A stretch of 64,000 bases of DNA from Psammoneis japonica (GCA_008632985.1 QPGO01000175.1:1-64000), one strand, 5' to 3'. Numbered from the stretch's first letter, positions 13,210-26,800 are shown. A program made the numbers and translations. Notes: a model not told the origin generated them from the sequence alone.

Positions 13210-13619
13210 GATTTATCTTTTGTCGAAGGTCGATGTAGAAATATTGTAAGCCTTCCCTTGTCGTCGTGATTGTGATGACACAAGAGCAAGAAGTGAGTGT
13301 TGCGAAAGTGTGATGTGTGAGGGATGATGCCCATTGGTCACACCCAACATAAGTTGAAAGTCGGACATCGTGAGAAACACACAGCATCATCCGCGTTTCG
13401 TCGAGTCGTGCTTCAACGCAAGCTCGCGGATCTATCTGCGTTGTGCGGGACCGACTACACACATGAAGTGCCGGCATTGCTTGACGTCCGTCTCTCATTT
13501 ATGCCTCACGACATCTACGACATAAATTTATCTATGTTCGATCTCATGGCCCCCAATTGTTCACTCGCATGGCCCACAAATTGTTGAAGACATCTCAAAC
13601 ATGCGCGAAGTGAAACGAG

Positions 13620-15190
13620 AACGAACGGAAAAAGTAAAAACGCATGAGGAGACACTCAAATCAATCCTCAGGACTCCACCCAACATCAAGGCCAGAGCCA
13701 TGAAGCCTGGCACCAAAACTGGTGCGTTTCTGTCAGTGCACCCATGGAGGACACTGTGAACGGCATGGAGCTCTCACGCCAAGAGTTCTGCGATGCACTT
13801 GTGGTGGATGACGCGGGTGCAAATTCTCCATGACCATGCCCTCCAGTGCAAGATGGGCAATTTTGCAATGAACCTCTTGCCAACAGCCCTGTTGGTCACA
13901 TCTCCAGAATCCAAGCAACTCCATGACAGCGGCGGTCCGCCGAACAGCACAACAAACTCCAGTGTGTCCAAGGATGAAAGGGCAGACACGGCAACAGATG
14001 CTCAAGGTTCAAACATGGGCGCAAAGTCGTGCTCGTTGTGAATCATCTTTGCACAACACCAAAATGCATGAGCTCCCAGCAACACAATCACGCCAAACTT
14101 GTCGGGTCCAACCCAAGCAGCTCACTTTTTGTCGTTCTCATGGAGCTGTCGCTTTGTTGGAAAATTGAGCTTCTTGGAAAAGTTGGCATGCAGCAACAAC
14201 ATTGTGTGTGCTGCTCACCAACATGCCCACTTTGTGTCGAATCCCAAAGCTTCTGATGGCGCAGCTGTCAAACACGGACATTCTGCAGCACCCGCTTGCA
14301 GCAAGAAATGAAAAACACGTCATCAAACGAGATGACATGCAAGGCCTTGATTGCTGTGTGAACAATGATTTTTGTGACAACTGGTTCAACAAGGCCATTG
14401 CTTGAAATCATCCTGACATTGCATGCTCTCACTCTGGCTCTGCCATCAAATTTGCCAACCTGCCCCTCTTTGTTCTTGGGCTTCTTCCAAGCCATGTTTG
14501 CTGCCAGCAGTGCAGAATTTGAGTGCATGATGATTGCTCTCTCTGTGGCTGCCAGACATGCCAAGTCTGTCACACACCCACTGGATTAACAACAAGGAGA
14601 GAAACACGGATGTGAGGGCGGCTCCTGCCGTGCATTGCTGCGTGATGTTTTAAGACAACAACTCTGAACGCCACACTGGAGATGACACTCCTCACACCCA
14701 AGATGCATCTGGTGTGCAGCCATCACTTCAACATCACACTCCACCACTTTTGCAACAAGACCGCCAATGGCCATGTTCAAGCTCAACCTGTTCCCTGCTT
14801 GCCCCTCCGGTCAACAAGAAGCCAATGTCTTCGCAAAACAGCAGCCGCCAGCAGCACCTGCTGGCTGAGGAGGTTTTCTGCAAGCTCCATCATTTGCTTT
14901 TTGGCTGGTGATCCATCTCATTGAGTGAGCAACAAGTGTGACCATTGATGTCTGCATGGGCCTCATGACATCCGCAACAACCGTTTGTCAGCGCTGCCTC
15001 GACTTCCATCGCCCCAAGTTGTTTGCACTGCCCCTGCACCCTGCACGCCGCACACGGCTGGCCCACAAGCCATTGTTGTTTAAAAGCATCTAAAACATTT
15101 GTCAGGGAAACACTTGTTGAGGCATCTCTCTTCTCACCTTTTTGAGATTCAGAACAATCACAATTGGTTCATCTGTGTTCTTCACAAGGC
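13620..15190. mobile_element. Decayed TpA-depleted TE mosaic
   Basis: TpA nearly absent; Cys/His-rich, Tyr-free ORF fragments; contains a LINE-like piece. Confidence 0.6.
13715..13860 (+). pseudogene. Fragment of a CRE-like non-LTR retrotransposon C-terminal region
   Basis: Across frameshifts it reads TGAFLSV.P..NGMELSRQEFCDAL...DHALQCKMG, resembling the W-LS..P..NG..LS..EFRDAL / HAL.CK.GG pattern ahead of RLE-type endonucleases. Confidence 0.5.
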
Positions 15191-15496
15191 CAGTTGTCCC
15201 GGTTTAGGGCTGCCGTAGTTCTATGCTGAATTCCATGCGTCTGTTCTGTTGTCTGTTCCTTCCTCTTCCGGGTGAAGCCGGGGCGCGTCACTTGAGAGGA
15301 TAGGAAAACCGTTATTGACTCTACCTTGATGTACGCTAAATTTATCGATGCCGGCATTTTGCTACGTCCCGAAGATATCTTCCGGCGGGCCGTGGCCGCG
15401 CATCCATCGAAATCAACGCAAATCTTCACTTCAGCGAAACATCACCGTTGCGTTGTGTGTTGTGTTTTTATTTTGTTTATACTCCTATATTGCAAG

Positions 15497-17051
15497 ATGT
15501 TGTCACCATCCTCTAGAGCACTGAGCCATGGTATTCGCCGAACAGCTATTCCAGCTGTCGGAGCTGTGCGTAATCTGAATGTACACGAATACATCAGTAT
15601 GGAAATCATGAACAACCATCACATTGCGACGCCTGCGGGGTATGTTGCTCAAACTCCCGAAGAGGCGGAGAACCACTTTGTTCATCAGCTCAACAGAGGT
15701 AAGAAGGCTCATAGAAGACTTGCCCGATTGATATTGTGTCTCTGATGTCAACTGTATGCTTACACTTGTCATTCATACTCCTCTCTTGGCTGCATTCTCA
15801 CATTTCAGCCGGAGAACCAACCAAAGATGCAGTCATCAAGGCTCAGGTATTGTCGGGTGGTCGTGGGTTGGGAACATTCAAGAACGGCTTCAAGGGCGGC
15901 GTTCACATGGTTACCAAGGAGGGACAGGCGCGAGACTTTGCCAAGGAAATGCTGGGGCAAGAGCTCGTGACCAAGCAAGCTCCCAACGGAATCCTATGCT
16001 CCAAGGTGTTTCTTATGGAGCGTGTTTACATGAGACGAGAAATGTACCTTTCCATTCTTATGGACCGTGCTTCGCAGGGACCTCTCATGGTGGCGAGTCC
16101 TCGTGGTGGTACATCGATTGAGGACGTTGCTGCCACCAATCCAGAAGTCATTTTCACCGAACCGATTGATATCACGAAGGGACTTCAGGACGAGCAGTGT
16201 CATCGTATGGCTACCAATTTGGGATTGGAGGAAGGCGGCAAGGCTCACGAAAACACCGTGACACTCATGAAGAATCTTTACGACATGTTTGTCGGTTGTG
16301 ACTGCACTCAGGTGGAAGTCAACCCACTCGCAGAAACTCCCGAGGGTGACGTTATGGTTTGTGATGCCAAGGTTAATTTTGACGATAACGCGGAATTCCG
16401 TCAGTCGTCCATCTTTAAGCGCAGAGATTTTACACAAGAGGACTCACGTGAAGTGGAAGCGAGCAAGTTTGATCTGAATTACATTGGTTTGGACGGAACT
16501 ATTGGATGCATGGTCAACGGAGCAGGCTTGGCTATGAGTACGATGGATATTATTCAGCTCAAGGGCGGATCTCCCGCTAACTTTTTGGATGTCGGTGGCG
16601 GTGCCAATGAAGAGCAGGTACAAAAGGCCTTTGAGATTCTGAATTCCGATCCACACGTGAAGGCTATTCTTGTCAACATTTTTGGCGGTACGTTACACAA
16701 GAGAGTATGCTGAGGCTGTGACATACTTGTTGCGTTTGCTTACGATGTGTTTCCTCTACTTCAGGTATCATGCGCTGCGACGTTATCGCCACTGGTATCA
16801 TTAACGCCGCAAAAGAAATTGGCATTCAGAAACCCATTGTGATTCGGTTGCAGGGAACCAATGTCGACCAGGCCAAGACTCTTATTGAAGGTTGTGGGTT
16901 CCGTATGATTCTGGCAGACGACTTGGAAGATGCCGCCACAAAGGCTGTGGGTGTGGCTGAGATTGCCACACAAGCCGAAAACATCAAGGTTGGAGTCAAG
17001 TTTGATGGTTGGGGCTTTGAGTATCATACTTACAATCCCAGAGCTGTGTAA
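15497..17051 (+). CDS. sucC: Succinyl-CoA ligase beta subunit, mitochondrial; exons 15497-15698, 15809-16687, 16765-17051
   Basis: LNVHEY, KAQVLSGGRGLG, GCMVNGAGLAM, PANFLDVGGGA, VNIFGGIMRCD; two GT-AG introns restore the frame. Confidence 0.96.
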
Positions 17052-17424
17052 GTGGATTCAAAGTCAGGTGGTTTTCCTTTTGTGGTTGTACAGTAGAAAG
17101 ATGAGTTTGTGTTGAAGTACCAGTAGTCTGCATTGTATCAAAATAATAATAGAACTACTTATGTTGTAGACTGTACCCCTGGTACGGGATAGTTCCTTTA
17201 GCTCCATCCCATCGTCATCGCGTTGGTCACAGCTACACTTTCTTATGTGAAGCTCGACCCTTGATGGACAACCGAAAGCAGCACCATACCGAGACAACGA
17301 GTACACGAGGTCGCGTCGTTGAAATAGACTGATATATGAATGATTCAACCCTTGGTATCATTATTATATCCATAAGCATTACAATTACAAGCGCTCTGAG
17401 CTCTAAAGCATCTCGCGTTTGGCT

Positions 17425-18250
17425 CTACTCGAGATTACGGAGACTAATTGAGATGATGGTTGCACCCAACTGCAATACCATTCCCTCCGTGAGTTCAAGT
17501 GGCACGTTGTCTTCAAGCTCCTCTTCTCCATGAAGCGTCCCATTGGTAGATCCCATATCGGTATAATACATTTTCCCATTTTTGAATTCAAATTTGCCGT
17601 GCGTAGTGGACACTTCTGGGTCCTTTGGAAAGCTCATGCCCGTCTTGAACTTTTTACCGGCCGACCTCCCAACAAAGCACTTGTTACGAGTGGGAAACAA
17701 TTCAAAGGTTTTGCCCTCGTACGTTCCTCCGGTAACAGTCACGAAAATAGAAGGAGCAGGAGCTTCTTCTTTCTTGGCAGCTCGTTTTGTGCGCTTGGGT
17801 CGACCCGCTGGCTTGGAGCTGGCAGCTGCGGTTCTTTTGGAAGGTTGAGCGTCCTCTTCTTTTGGTTCCTCGTTTTTATTTCCTTCCTCCATAGTCACCT
17901 CTTGAAGCACGGAGTCTTCCAAAGACTTGACGTGCTGTTCGTGAAGCTTCCAGATCTCATCCTTTCCAGCTTGTGCTTGCTGGTTGAGAGCTGCAATCCT
18001 GTCATCGTGCTCTCCATCCAAGGTCTGATGAGCCCGTAGGCCGGACCATTTCATCAGGTCTTCAACAGCCCAATCTTCTGTGGGTTCTATTAATCGAGTC
18101 AAGAGCGAGCGGAAAAGACGTAAGAGAAATATGCCAGACGAAGAATAAGAACGTTGATCCAGAAGCAACCATCACGAGTTGATACGCAGATGCTCCTCAC
18201 TTACCCTCGTCAACATTATGCGGGAAATCGGGAAACATAGAATCATTCAT
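17425..18250 (-). CDS. FHA-domain protein; short first exon 18250-18205, intron to about 18087 or 18078
   Basis: CFVGRS...DPEVSTTHG...DMGSTNGT FHA signature; GTAAGT donor at 18204. Confidence 0.85.
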
Positions 18251-18851
18251 CGTCTTCCGTCTGATTTATCACGGCCAATCTACTTGTAAGAACGGCAATG
18301 TCACTCAAAGAAAGCCCTTCGTGTCATGGGCGACCGAAAAACCGAGAAGTCGAAGTCGCTGGCCAGTTTTTGAATTTGACCGTTAGAACGAGTATGAGAA
18401 TTTTGCGTAGGAAATACGTTAAAGTAGGATTTGTACTGCCTCCTACGTAGATCGCTATCGCGCACCTTTCGCGCGGTTCTTGGAGGGAGTTTCTGCGCCG
18501 CACAGCATTTTTCTCGAAGTGCACACCCGTTGGTTTCACCATGAGCGCTCCACAAGTGGCAAGCACCGGCCTTGTAAGTATACCAGTGTGTTATATTGTC
18601 GATACATGTAATATGAGAGGGAAATCTCAAAAAGAAATCTTGGACCAATGTGATGATGCACGGTTTTGTGTCGTGTGATCCTGCGTGAAGCCGAAGTCGT
18701 GTCGTAGATTTCTACGCGATTTCAGTACTGCGACGATTGGATCTTTGAGCTCACCTGCTCACAAGTTTAAGCTACCCTACACCTACAGTACTCCTAGCAA
18801 CGCGCTGTTTCTAATACCTTCTTTCTTGCTTCACTCCCACCGTATCTTCAG

Positions 18852-20513
18852 TTCTTGAACGGCCAACGAGAATCGGGTCAGGATGTGCGAGTCGGAAACG
18901 TGACTGCCGCATTGGCCGTAGCAAACATTGTCAAATCTTCGTTAGGTCCGGTTGGATTGGATAAGATGTTAGTGGATGACATTGGCGATGTCACCATTAC
19001 CAACGACGGCGCTACTATTCTACAGAATCTAGAGGTGGAACACCCGGCAGCACGTGTCTTGGTAGATTTGGCACAGCTACAAGATCAGGAAGTTGGCGAC
19101 GGGACCACGTCTGTGGTGATAGTTGCCTCTGAGCTATTGCGGAGGGGCAACGATCTAGTCAAGAACGGAATTCATCCGACTACAATTATCGCTGGATACC
19201 GTGCTGCTCTCAAGGCTGCCGTGGCATATCTAAAGAAGGAAATGGTTCTCCACGTGTCTACACTGAGTGATGAACATCTGCTCCAAGCTGCCAGGACGTC
19301 CATGTCTAGCAAGATTATCGGAAAGGAGGGAGATTTCTTTGCCAAACTAGCAGTGGATGCGGTCAAGTCGGTCCAGATGAACGCGTCCTCTTCTTTGGAT
19401 AATGGCGAAAAGAAACCCCGCTACAAGTATCCTCTATCGGCTATTCACATACTCAAGGCCCACGGCAAGTCTTCGTTGGAATCACACTTGATTGACGGCG
19501 GCTTTGCCCTCAATGCACAGCGCGCCGCTCAAGGCATGCCCACACAGATCGAGGGGTCCTCCGAGGAACCAATCAAGATCGCCATGCTGGACATGAATCT
19601 TCAACGGCACCGCATGGCCATGGGTGTCAGCGTCACAGTAAAGGACCCGGCCGAGATTGAGAATATCAAGAAACGGGAAATGGACATTACCAAGGAAAGG
19701 ATTCAAAAGATTCTCGATACCGGTGCCAAGGTTGTCCTCACTACCAAAGGCGTCGATGACTTGTGTATGAAGTACTTTGTGGAAGCCGGTGTCATATGCG
19801 CCAGGCGTTGCAACAAGGATGATCTCAAGCGTCTCGCCAAAGCATCGGGCGGCAAGGTGGTGACTACCATGGCCGATATGGAGGGGAACGAGACCTTTGA
19901 AGAGGAATGCCTTGGGCAATGTGAGGCCGTTCGAGAGGTGCGGGTTGGAGACGGGGAAATGCTCTACGTCTACAATTGCAAGGGACACGGGGCTTCCACC
20001 ATTGTGCTTAGGGGGGCTAACGAGTACATGCTGGATGAGATGGACAGGGCTCTTCATGATTCACTTTGTGTGGTCAAGCGTATGCTGGAAAGTAACACCC
20101 TTGTTGTTGGTGGAGGCTCGGTGGAGGCATCATTGTCAGTCTATCTGGAACACTACGCCACGACTCTTGACAAGAGAGAGCAGCTAGCTATTTCGGAATA
20201 CGCAGATGCTCTCTTAGTGATTCCTAAAACCCTCGCTGTCAATGCTGCCAAGGATAGTTCCGAACTCGTTGCTCAACTCCGTGCTGCTCATGCAAAGAGC
20301 CAAAAGGCGACTCGGGAGAACGACAATGGCGACTTGGTGCTCAAGCACACGGGCCTTGACCTGGTGGAGGGTACCATCAGGGACAACCTTGCTGCAGGCG
20401 TTGTTGAGCCTGCCATGTCCAAGATCAAGAGTCTCCGATTTGCTACGGAAGCTGCCATCACAATCCTGAGAATTGATGACCGCATTACGCTCAATGCAGA
20501 GCAACAGCAGTAA
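18852..20513 (+). CDS. TCP1: Chaperonin CCT/TRiC subunit alpha; short first exon probably near 18653-18667, unresolved
   Basis: SSLGPVGLDKMLVDDIGDVTITNDGATIL, GDGTTSVV, FATEAAITILRIDD; CAG acceptor at 18851. Confidence 0.96.
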   Translation, partial: FLNGQRESGQDVRVGNVTAALAVANIVKSSLGPVGLDKMLVDDIGDVTITNDGATILQNLEVEHPAARVLVDLAQLQDQEVGDGTTSVVIVASELLRRGNDLVKNGIHPTTIIAGYRAALKAAVAYLKKEMVLHVSTLSDEHLLQAARTSMSSKIIGKEGDFFAKLAVDAVKSVQMNASSSLDNGEKKPRYKYPLSAIHILKAHGKSSLESHLIDGGFALNAQRAAQGMPTQIEGSSEEPIKIAMLDMNLQRHRMAMGVSVTVKDPAEIENIKKREMDITKERIQKILDTGAKVVLTTKGVDDLCMKYFVEAGVICARRCNKDDLKRLAKASGGKVVTTMADMEGNETFEEECLGQCEAVREVRVGDGEMLYVYNCKGHGASTIVLRGANEYMLDEMDRALHDSLCVVKRMLESNTLVVGGGSVEASLSVYLEHYATTLDKREQLAISEYADALLVIPKTLAVNAAKDSSELVAQLRAAHAKSQKATRENDNGDLVLKHTGLDLVEGTIRDNLAAGVVEPAMSKIKSLRFATEAAITILRIDDRITLNAEQQQ

Positions 20514-20859
20514 TAGAACCATAGACTAGTGAAAACTAGAGGGCCCTTACTTTGTGTTGAGGGCATCGCCATTCTTTACTTTCATCGTGGTTGAGCTGTA
20601 AACAATCGCCTACTAGACAAGCCCATTCCAGCAGGCGAGCTCTTGCAGCGCGCATAAATTGTCCGGCAGCGCCACCGGTATCTGGTAGAGCACGATGTCG
20701 TCTTCCTTACTCAGTTCGTCAGAGCTCTTCTTCTAATTGATAGAGACTGCGGGGACATTACTTCGTTTGATTTTGCGGAGAGGATTCTTGTTGCGGTTTG
20801 ATTTGATTCCCGCAATATCGATACTGTAGACGAGTGCCACTTTTTCTTTTCGAATGAAG

Positions 20860-22260
20860 GACAATTTTACAAAAGGTTCGCCATGCCATGTCCCCCACAT
20901 GAAAATTAAAATTTCCAAATTAAGTGGGCGTACCACAGTTCTCGGCCCGTTCATTTTCTACGTGGCCTGGTACAACCCAAATCTGTGTAGATTCAGTACA
21001 TTTCGCCCTGTAGAACAGTTTTTGGGTGTGTTTTCTGGCTCGCGACGCAAAATAACACGCAAAATAACACGGACAATGGCGTTTCGCCGATTTCAAAAAT
21101 ACGGTTGTTTCTGAGGTACTTTGTAGTGTACTCTCAACGGAATATCACACGTCATAGCATAAGGTATGTGGTGAGCTCGAGAGTACACAGGTTCACATGG
21201 GTAGATCATGGTGAAATTTTGAGCTGAAGATTGGTGTTGACACCGCCGATTTTGTTGCATCAACACACAACTCATGCATCACCATTCATGCTGTGCATTT
21301 CGTTGAGTACTTGTACGCTCATATTCTTTCAACTTACACATATGTTGTCTTTCCTCATTGTTGTTTTGTTCTGTAGGGTCTCCCTTGCCATGGGCCATCC
21401 CTGAGAGAGAAATGCTTGCTTTGAATGTCACTTCTACCTTGCAACGGCCACGGCAGTCTGACGACAAGTCCAAGTCACAGATGCAGCATCCGGATGACTT
21501 CATAATAAATGTAGAAGCTTGGGTCTGTGGTGTCTGAAGATGTTCAAGCTCTTGGCAGCTCAGATTTGTCGTCGAGCAATTTTGACGCACATTTGACGTG
21601 CCTCCAGAAGGTGATGCGCAGTTTCATTCGACAGAGAAACGAGCCATGGCGATTGTGATGGCTTGCATTGAGTCTTACAGATACAAGGTAGTTTACAATG
21701 TGGAAATGTGTGACTCATTTGCCTCATCTGCTGAGCCTGTGCAACACATTTAGATGTCAAAGTCGGGGCAAATTGTGCACAATGCCAAGTCTCCAAAAAC
21801 AGCACAAGAGTGCAAGCCCAAAAGAAGAGTCAGCTTTGTAACTCATCATGGGAGTGTAGAGCTTATTTTTCTGGGGCATCATGTCTCTGTTGTTTTCATG
21901 GAGTGGACATTCCTGGTGTTGTTGCCGCCAACGTGCGAGCTTGCCTTGACAACATGTTGCACTGCACTCTGAGAGTTTGGAATGAAAAAACAACTTGCAT
22001 TTGCATCATTCTGTCATGGCAGAAATGCATGGGCTGTCCCTGGCCCTTTTGGAGAAATGGGGCAAGTGAAAGAGGAGCTACAGAAAGATGCGGACGATGC
22101 CATTTTGATGGATTGTCATCAGGTGGTGTGTCGAGAGGAGTCGTGATGGAGTGCCGCTTTGTGTTTTTGTGCTGCGTCCATGTGGGAATGTACGTGCTTG
22201 GCTCTCGTGTAGTTTCTACGTAAAAAGTGCACCAGGCGATCTCTGGACCGCCCTCTCAAT
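20860..22260. mobile_element. Unclassified decayed repeat-like segment with partial TpA loss
   Basis: TpA thins from about 21400 rightwards; TTCTACGT motif at 20956 and 22213 also occurs in the adjacent foldback; no recognisable protein. Confidence 0.35.
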
Positions 22261-22268
22261 GTTCTCTG

Positions 22269-22777
22269 ATGAGCCATGTGCAGGGGTTGTGAGTCCCGAA
22301 AAACAGGGTTTGGGCCGATTTCTGGTGCAAAACTCACGTAGAAAATTCGCGCAGAACATCTTGTTCGTCGTGCTTTTCCCGTGCTTTGCGAAAAATGGGC
22401 CACGACCTCAAGGAATCGATTTCAGTCACAATGGTTGGCACTTTGCGTACTTTCTTTTTGATGACAAACACAACGATGTCCACCGTTCGGCAAAATTCCA
22501 TCATTGGAAAATGTTTGCCGTGGTGGGACCGCAGTGAATTGTTGATCGAATTTCTGAAAATGGAGTTTTGAAGTGTTCACGCACAGAATCGTGTCACTCA
22601 TGTAAAAGTCATCATGCAAAGTGTCAATGGTTTCAGGGGAAAACGATTCCTTGAGGCGTCGGTGGAGCAGAGAAGCACGGCAGAAGCACGAGAAAAAAAT
22701 CGGCCCAAACCCTAATTTTTGTAATTTTTTCTACGCAGAATTTCTGCATGATTTTTGCACCAGTGCACATGGCTCAT
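22269..22777. repeat. Foldback or MITE-like imperfect inverted repeat (arms about 22269-22450 and 22613-22777)
   Basis: ATGAGCCATGTGCA/TGCACATGGCTCAT, AGGGTTTGGGCCGATTT/AAATCGGCCCAAACCCT, CCTCAAGGAATCG/CGATTCCTTGAGG and other mirrored blocks. Confidence 0.85.
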
Positions 22778-23299
22778 TGCATCCGATCGCCTTGATGAGG
22801 TTGGACAGTCGCAAGACCAGAGGTGCACAAATCATCTGTTGTCGTTCGCACACGCGCATTCGCACACTCAGCGCGCACGAACGACAAAACAATGAGGTGG
22901 ATCACGCTGGTGCTTCCGCCTGTCACGACGTGCTGCACCTCTAAGAATTTTTGTGGAGCGGAAAGCGGTTTCATGCCAAAATCTCACACAACAGCACGAC
23001 ACATCGAGAGGACTGCAGACAGCTCTGTGTCCACAGAAGAGCAGTGACACCTCAACCCAATGCTTCGCACCCAATCTGTTGCATCTGCTTCATTTGTGAT
23101 GGTGAGCAAAGATCAGCAGCACTCTGGGCAATGGAGAAAATTCACTGTTTGCACTCACACCTTCATCTTTTTTTTTTTGTGTTTGCCGTCATGCATTTCA
23201 GCGACAGCATCTCTCAGGATGAATGTTCCCCGGCAATTGTGCCTTCCCGGTGTCAAACATGTCCCAAGTGACAACACGTCAAAGGGGTCCTGCATTCTC

Positions 23300-23690
23300 A
23301 TGACTGTCAGTTGCTTGAGTGCGAATTGACTTGGTCGCATCCATCATTTCGGCAAAGCAAAATGGTGCGCATGTTTTGTCAGCGAGCTTGTCTTCTCTGC
23401 TTTCTGCGGTTTGTGGTTTGGAGCCACGTGTCAATGAAATGCTCTCATGGACTCCATTGTCCATTTCTTGCATCATTGCCACAGGACACAACTGCCAGTT
23501 GATTGAGTGCGAATTGGCTTGGTCGCATCCATCGCATTTCGGCATGACAAAATGGTGCGTTTTTCTCATGAGCAAGCTCGTCTTCTGTGCTGTTTGTGAT
23601 TTGTTGCTTGGATGGCATGGCTGCACATCAAGGAAATGTTCTCACAGACTCTGCTGTCTGCCACTTGTGCAATTGCCAAAGGAAACATCA
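23300..23690. repeat. About 188-bp tandem duplication in the 3' region of the P element
   Basis: TTGAGTGCGAATTG(A/G)CTTGGTCGCATCCATC at 23315 and 23503. Confidence 0.85.
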
Positions 23691-23864
23691 AGGCACCCAT
23701 TTGAAGTGGAGTGGGCTGTCTCGTGCATTTGTGGTCATGAGCAGGCGTCCACAGCATTGTGCTGTTCTTGCGGATGAGCTGTGGCATGGTTTGGACAGCC
23801 GTTTGTTGCTTCTTAATGTGTGACAATGAATGGCAAGGTGAGATTGAACTGTGCATTGTTGTCA

Positions 23865-26800
23865 TCATTTGTTCTTCTTTGCTGACATCGTCTTTTTTGT
23901 TTCCCCTTTTTGCCATGACTTTTGGTCCCTCCCGCAATGCAGTGTCCACGCTTTCGATGCACATCTGCTTGTGTGTTCCTCCCGAAACGAGTCAACCACT
24001 CGTGATGCTCGAGCTGCAAATGTTTTTTGGACAATGCAAACGAACAGTTGCTGCATGGCTTCATCATCACTTGCAGCATCACACACTGCATCAGGAATCA
24101 ACTCTGCGAAGTCGTTCCACAGCAATTCCATGGCCTCGTCTGCAAGTTTGTTGCATGCTGCAGTTGCGCTGTCCTCCCCCAGCTTCTTCATTGTGGCTTC
24201 ATTGAAGCAACCGCGAATTGCAGCAAGCAATGCAACCCGAATGCAAAAAACTTGGGGGACACCAACGTGCAATCCTCTTTTCCGGCGCGGCCGCGAGACT
24301 TGTCTTTGAGCTTGAGCATCTTGGGATGCACCATTTGTTGAATGGATGGCGCCACATTTCTCAACTCCATTTTGTCTGTCACCATCTCATCAAGCATTGC
24401 TGCTGCTTTCTTTCCACTCTCAGAGTCTGCTTCAAAATGATTGCGTGCGTTTGCTGTTGCCCAGCCTGGGAACCACATCACCTCCTTGTTTGCATCCTCC
24501 TGAGAAATGGCATTTGCAGATGAGGCAATTGCTCCCCATTTCTTGTTGTCTTTTGCTGTGGCTTTCTCGACTGCTTCATCAACGCTTCTGGGTTCTTGGA
24601 AGATTCCATCCTCCATGGCATCGTCCAGAGTTTGCACAAATTCTTCTGCAAACCAAGAGGCTGCGAAGTCGACAATCAGGGCGTGGAATGCCAACAGCTT
24701 TTTGGGCTTGCCATCTTCGGCCGTTTCTGCCTGCAGAGTGTTTGGGAGCCTGGAATGGCAAGTGTCCATCCTTTCCATGTCTGTTTGTAATTTGTGCACT
24801 TGAACCATGAAGGACCGCTCAACTCCGCGCCTTCCAAACTTCTTGCATCCTTTTCCATCTCTCCCCAAAGGCACTGACAGGCTTCATGGAAGGCTTTTTG
24901 TTCAGCTTTGTTCAGTCGACACAGCGCTTGAAAGTGATGTTCTTCTTCAGTGCCAACTGCCAACTTGGCATGCTCTGTGAAGTCAACATCGCTCAACATC
25001 ATGTCATCGCACCATGTCCTGCTTTCCGTGTTCATTCTGTCCAGCACCAACTTTGTGCCTTCACTGCCTTTTGATTTGTTTGTTTCGATTTGTTGTCCAG
25101 TGGACAAATCCAGGGTGTGAGTCGAGTTCCTGGCATTCCGATCCTGCAGCCATTGGTTCACCGTGGTGGCGTGTCTTTGTTTGTCTGTGCGATTGGTGAG
25201 GTCATCGCCCGTTGACTCGGCTCTGGTGACGTCTTCGCTGTCGCACATGGGATTTCCATCCAAGGCTGCAAATGCCTTTTGTGAGTCCACAATTCCTGTT
25301 GTGCTTGGGTGACTCAGTGGCGTGTCACCTTTGTGTTGCCGGACAAGGGAAAACAGTGCTTCCAGAATGCTGGTGTTGGAGTGCAAGAATGGGATGAAAA
25401 CCTTGTCTCCCGCCACCTTCCACACAGTTTCCGCATGAACCATGAAACCGCAAACACTCACACGCAGTGCGTGACAAGTTTGACTTGACAGAAACCACCT
25501 TTGCCACTCTTTAGACTTGGAGTCTTTCAACTTTAGCTCCTCTTTGCCCTTCAGTTGCTCTGCGCGCCAATCACGAAGGCACTCAAGTGTCACTGCCACC
25601 TTGTCCTGAATGTTCTTGGGGGTGATTCGTGCAAACCTGTTCATGGACATTTCTGTGTAGATGTTTGTCATGTGTGTGAGAAACTCAAGAGTCATCACGT
25701 CTGACGTTGCTGTCTCAAATTGAGGCAGCTGAGAGCTGGCCACAGTGGATGCATCAATCTTCACAAACTGGTCCTTCAAATCGGTCACAGTCTGCACCAT
25801 GGTCTTGTCTGCACTGCTGGCAAACTGAGCTTCTGGGTGGAAAATTTGAAGCTCCTCAGACAGGTGGTTTGTGAGCTCATTGATTGTGTCAGAGTGAAGG
25901 ACTTGCTTGACCAAGTTCACATTCATTTTGTTCCACCTGTCAGGCTGCTCTGACTCGCGAGTGAGGGGAGTGTCTTGGATGCTTTTCTTTTGTTCTCTTT
26001 TGTGAATCTGATTGATCGTTGGCCAGCCAAAGTGAGTGCCATGTCGCTTGAAACTTCTTGGCAAAGATGAGTTGTTGGGCACCTCGCTTGAGCTCAAGAG
26101 AGCATTCCTTGATCCTTTTGCATTGTGGACCGCGCAAAAGAAGATGCCCACTCTTCAAGTTGGGTCAGCAGGGTTGACAAATGAGCACATGCTGTCATCA
26201 AGCCAAGTGTCTGTGTCCTTGGGAACCTTGCCAAGACAGAACATTTTGACACACCTGGGGTTGCTTCCCCCTGCATCAAGCCCAAAGCCAGCCACAACAA
26301 GCCCAGCAAGCTCACACCCAAGGATGGTCTGCTTGGTCTGGCGCATGAGCTCATCTCCCATCATTGCGCCGTTGCTGAAGAAGAACTCAAGTGGGTGGGT
26401 TTTGTTTGTCTCAGAGCACCTGAAAAAAAAACTGGTTGACGCAGAGAGAGATGCTGAAGCTGGCCTCTTTTGTGCTCTCCTCCTTGCCGCTGTCCTTGGC
26501 ACTCTCTTGCTCAACCAGGTTGTCTTCTGGCTCAACGTTGGCAACCTCCTTGTCAGTTTTCTTCACCAACGCCAGAACCTCATCAGCCAGCTGGATCCTG
26601 TCTTGGTCATGAGCAACAACAACGCCAGTGCAGACAGAGGTCATTGGGTTGAAGCAGAAGTCAGATCTCAGCTTGAGTTGATCACAAAGAATTTGGCCAA
26701 CCACCTTCTTGCAACAGCCACCTGTGAAGGCATCTGCAGCCCATCTGCAGATGCTTGGGAACGTCCCCTCCTTGGGTGCCATGGCTTTCTTGACTCGCTT

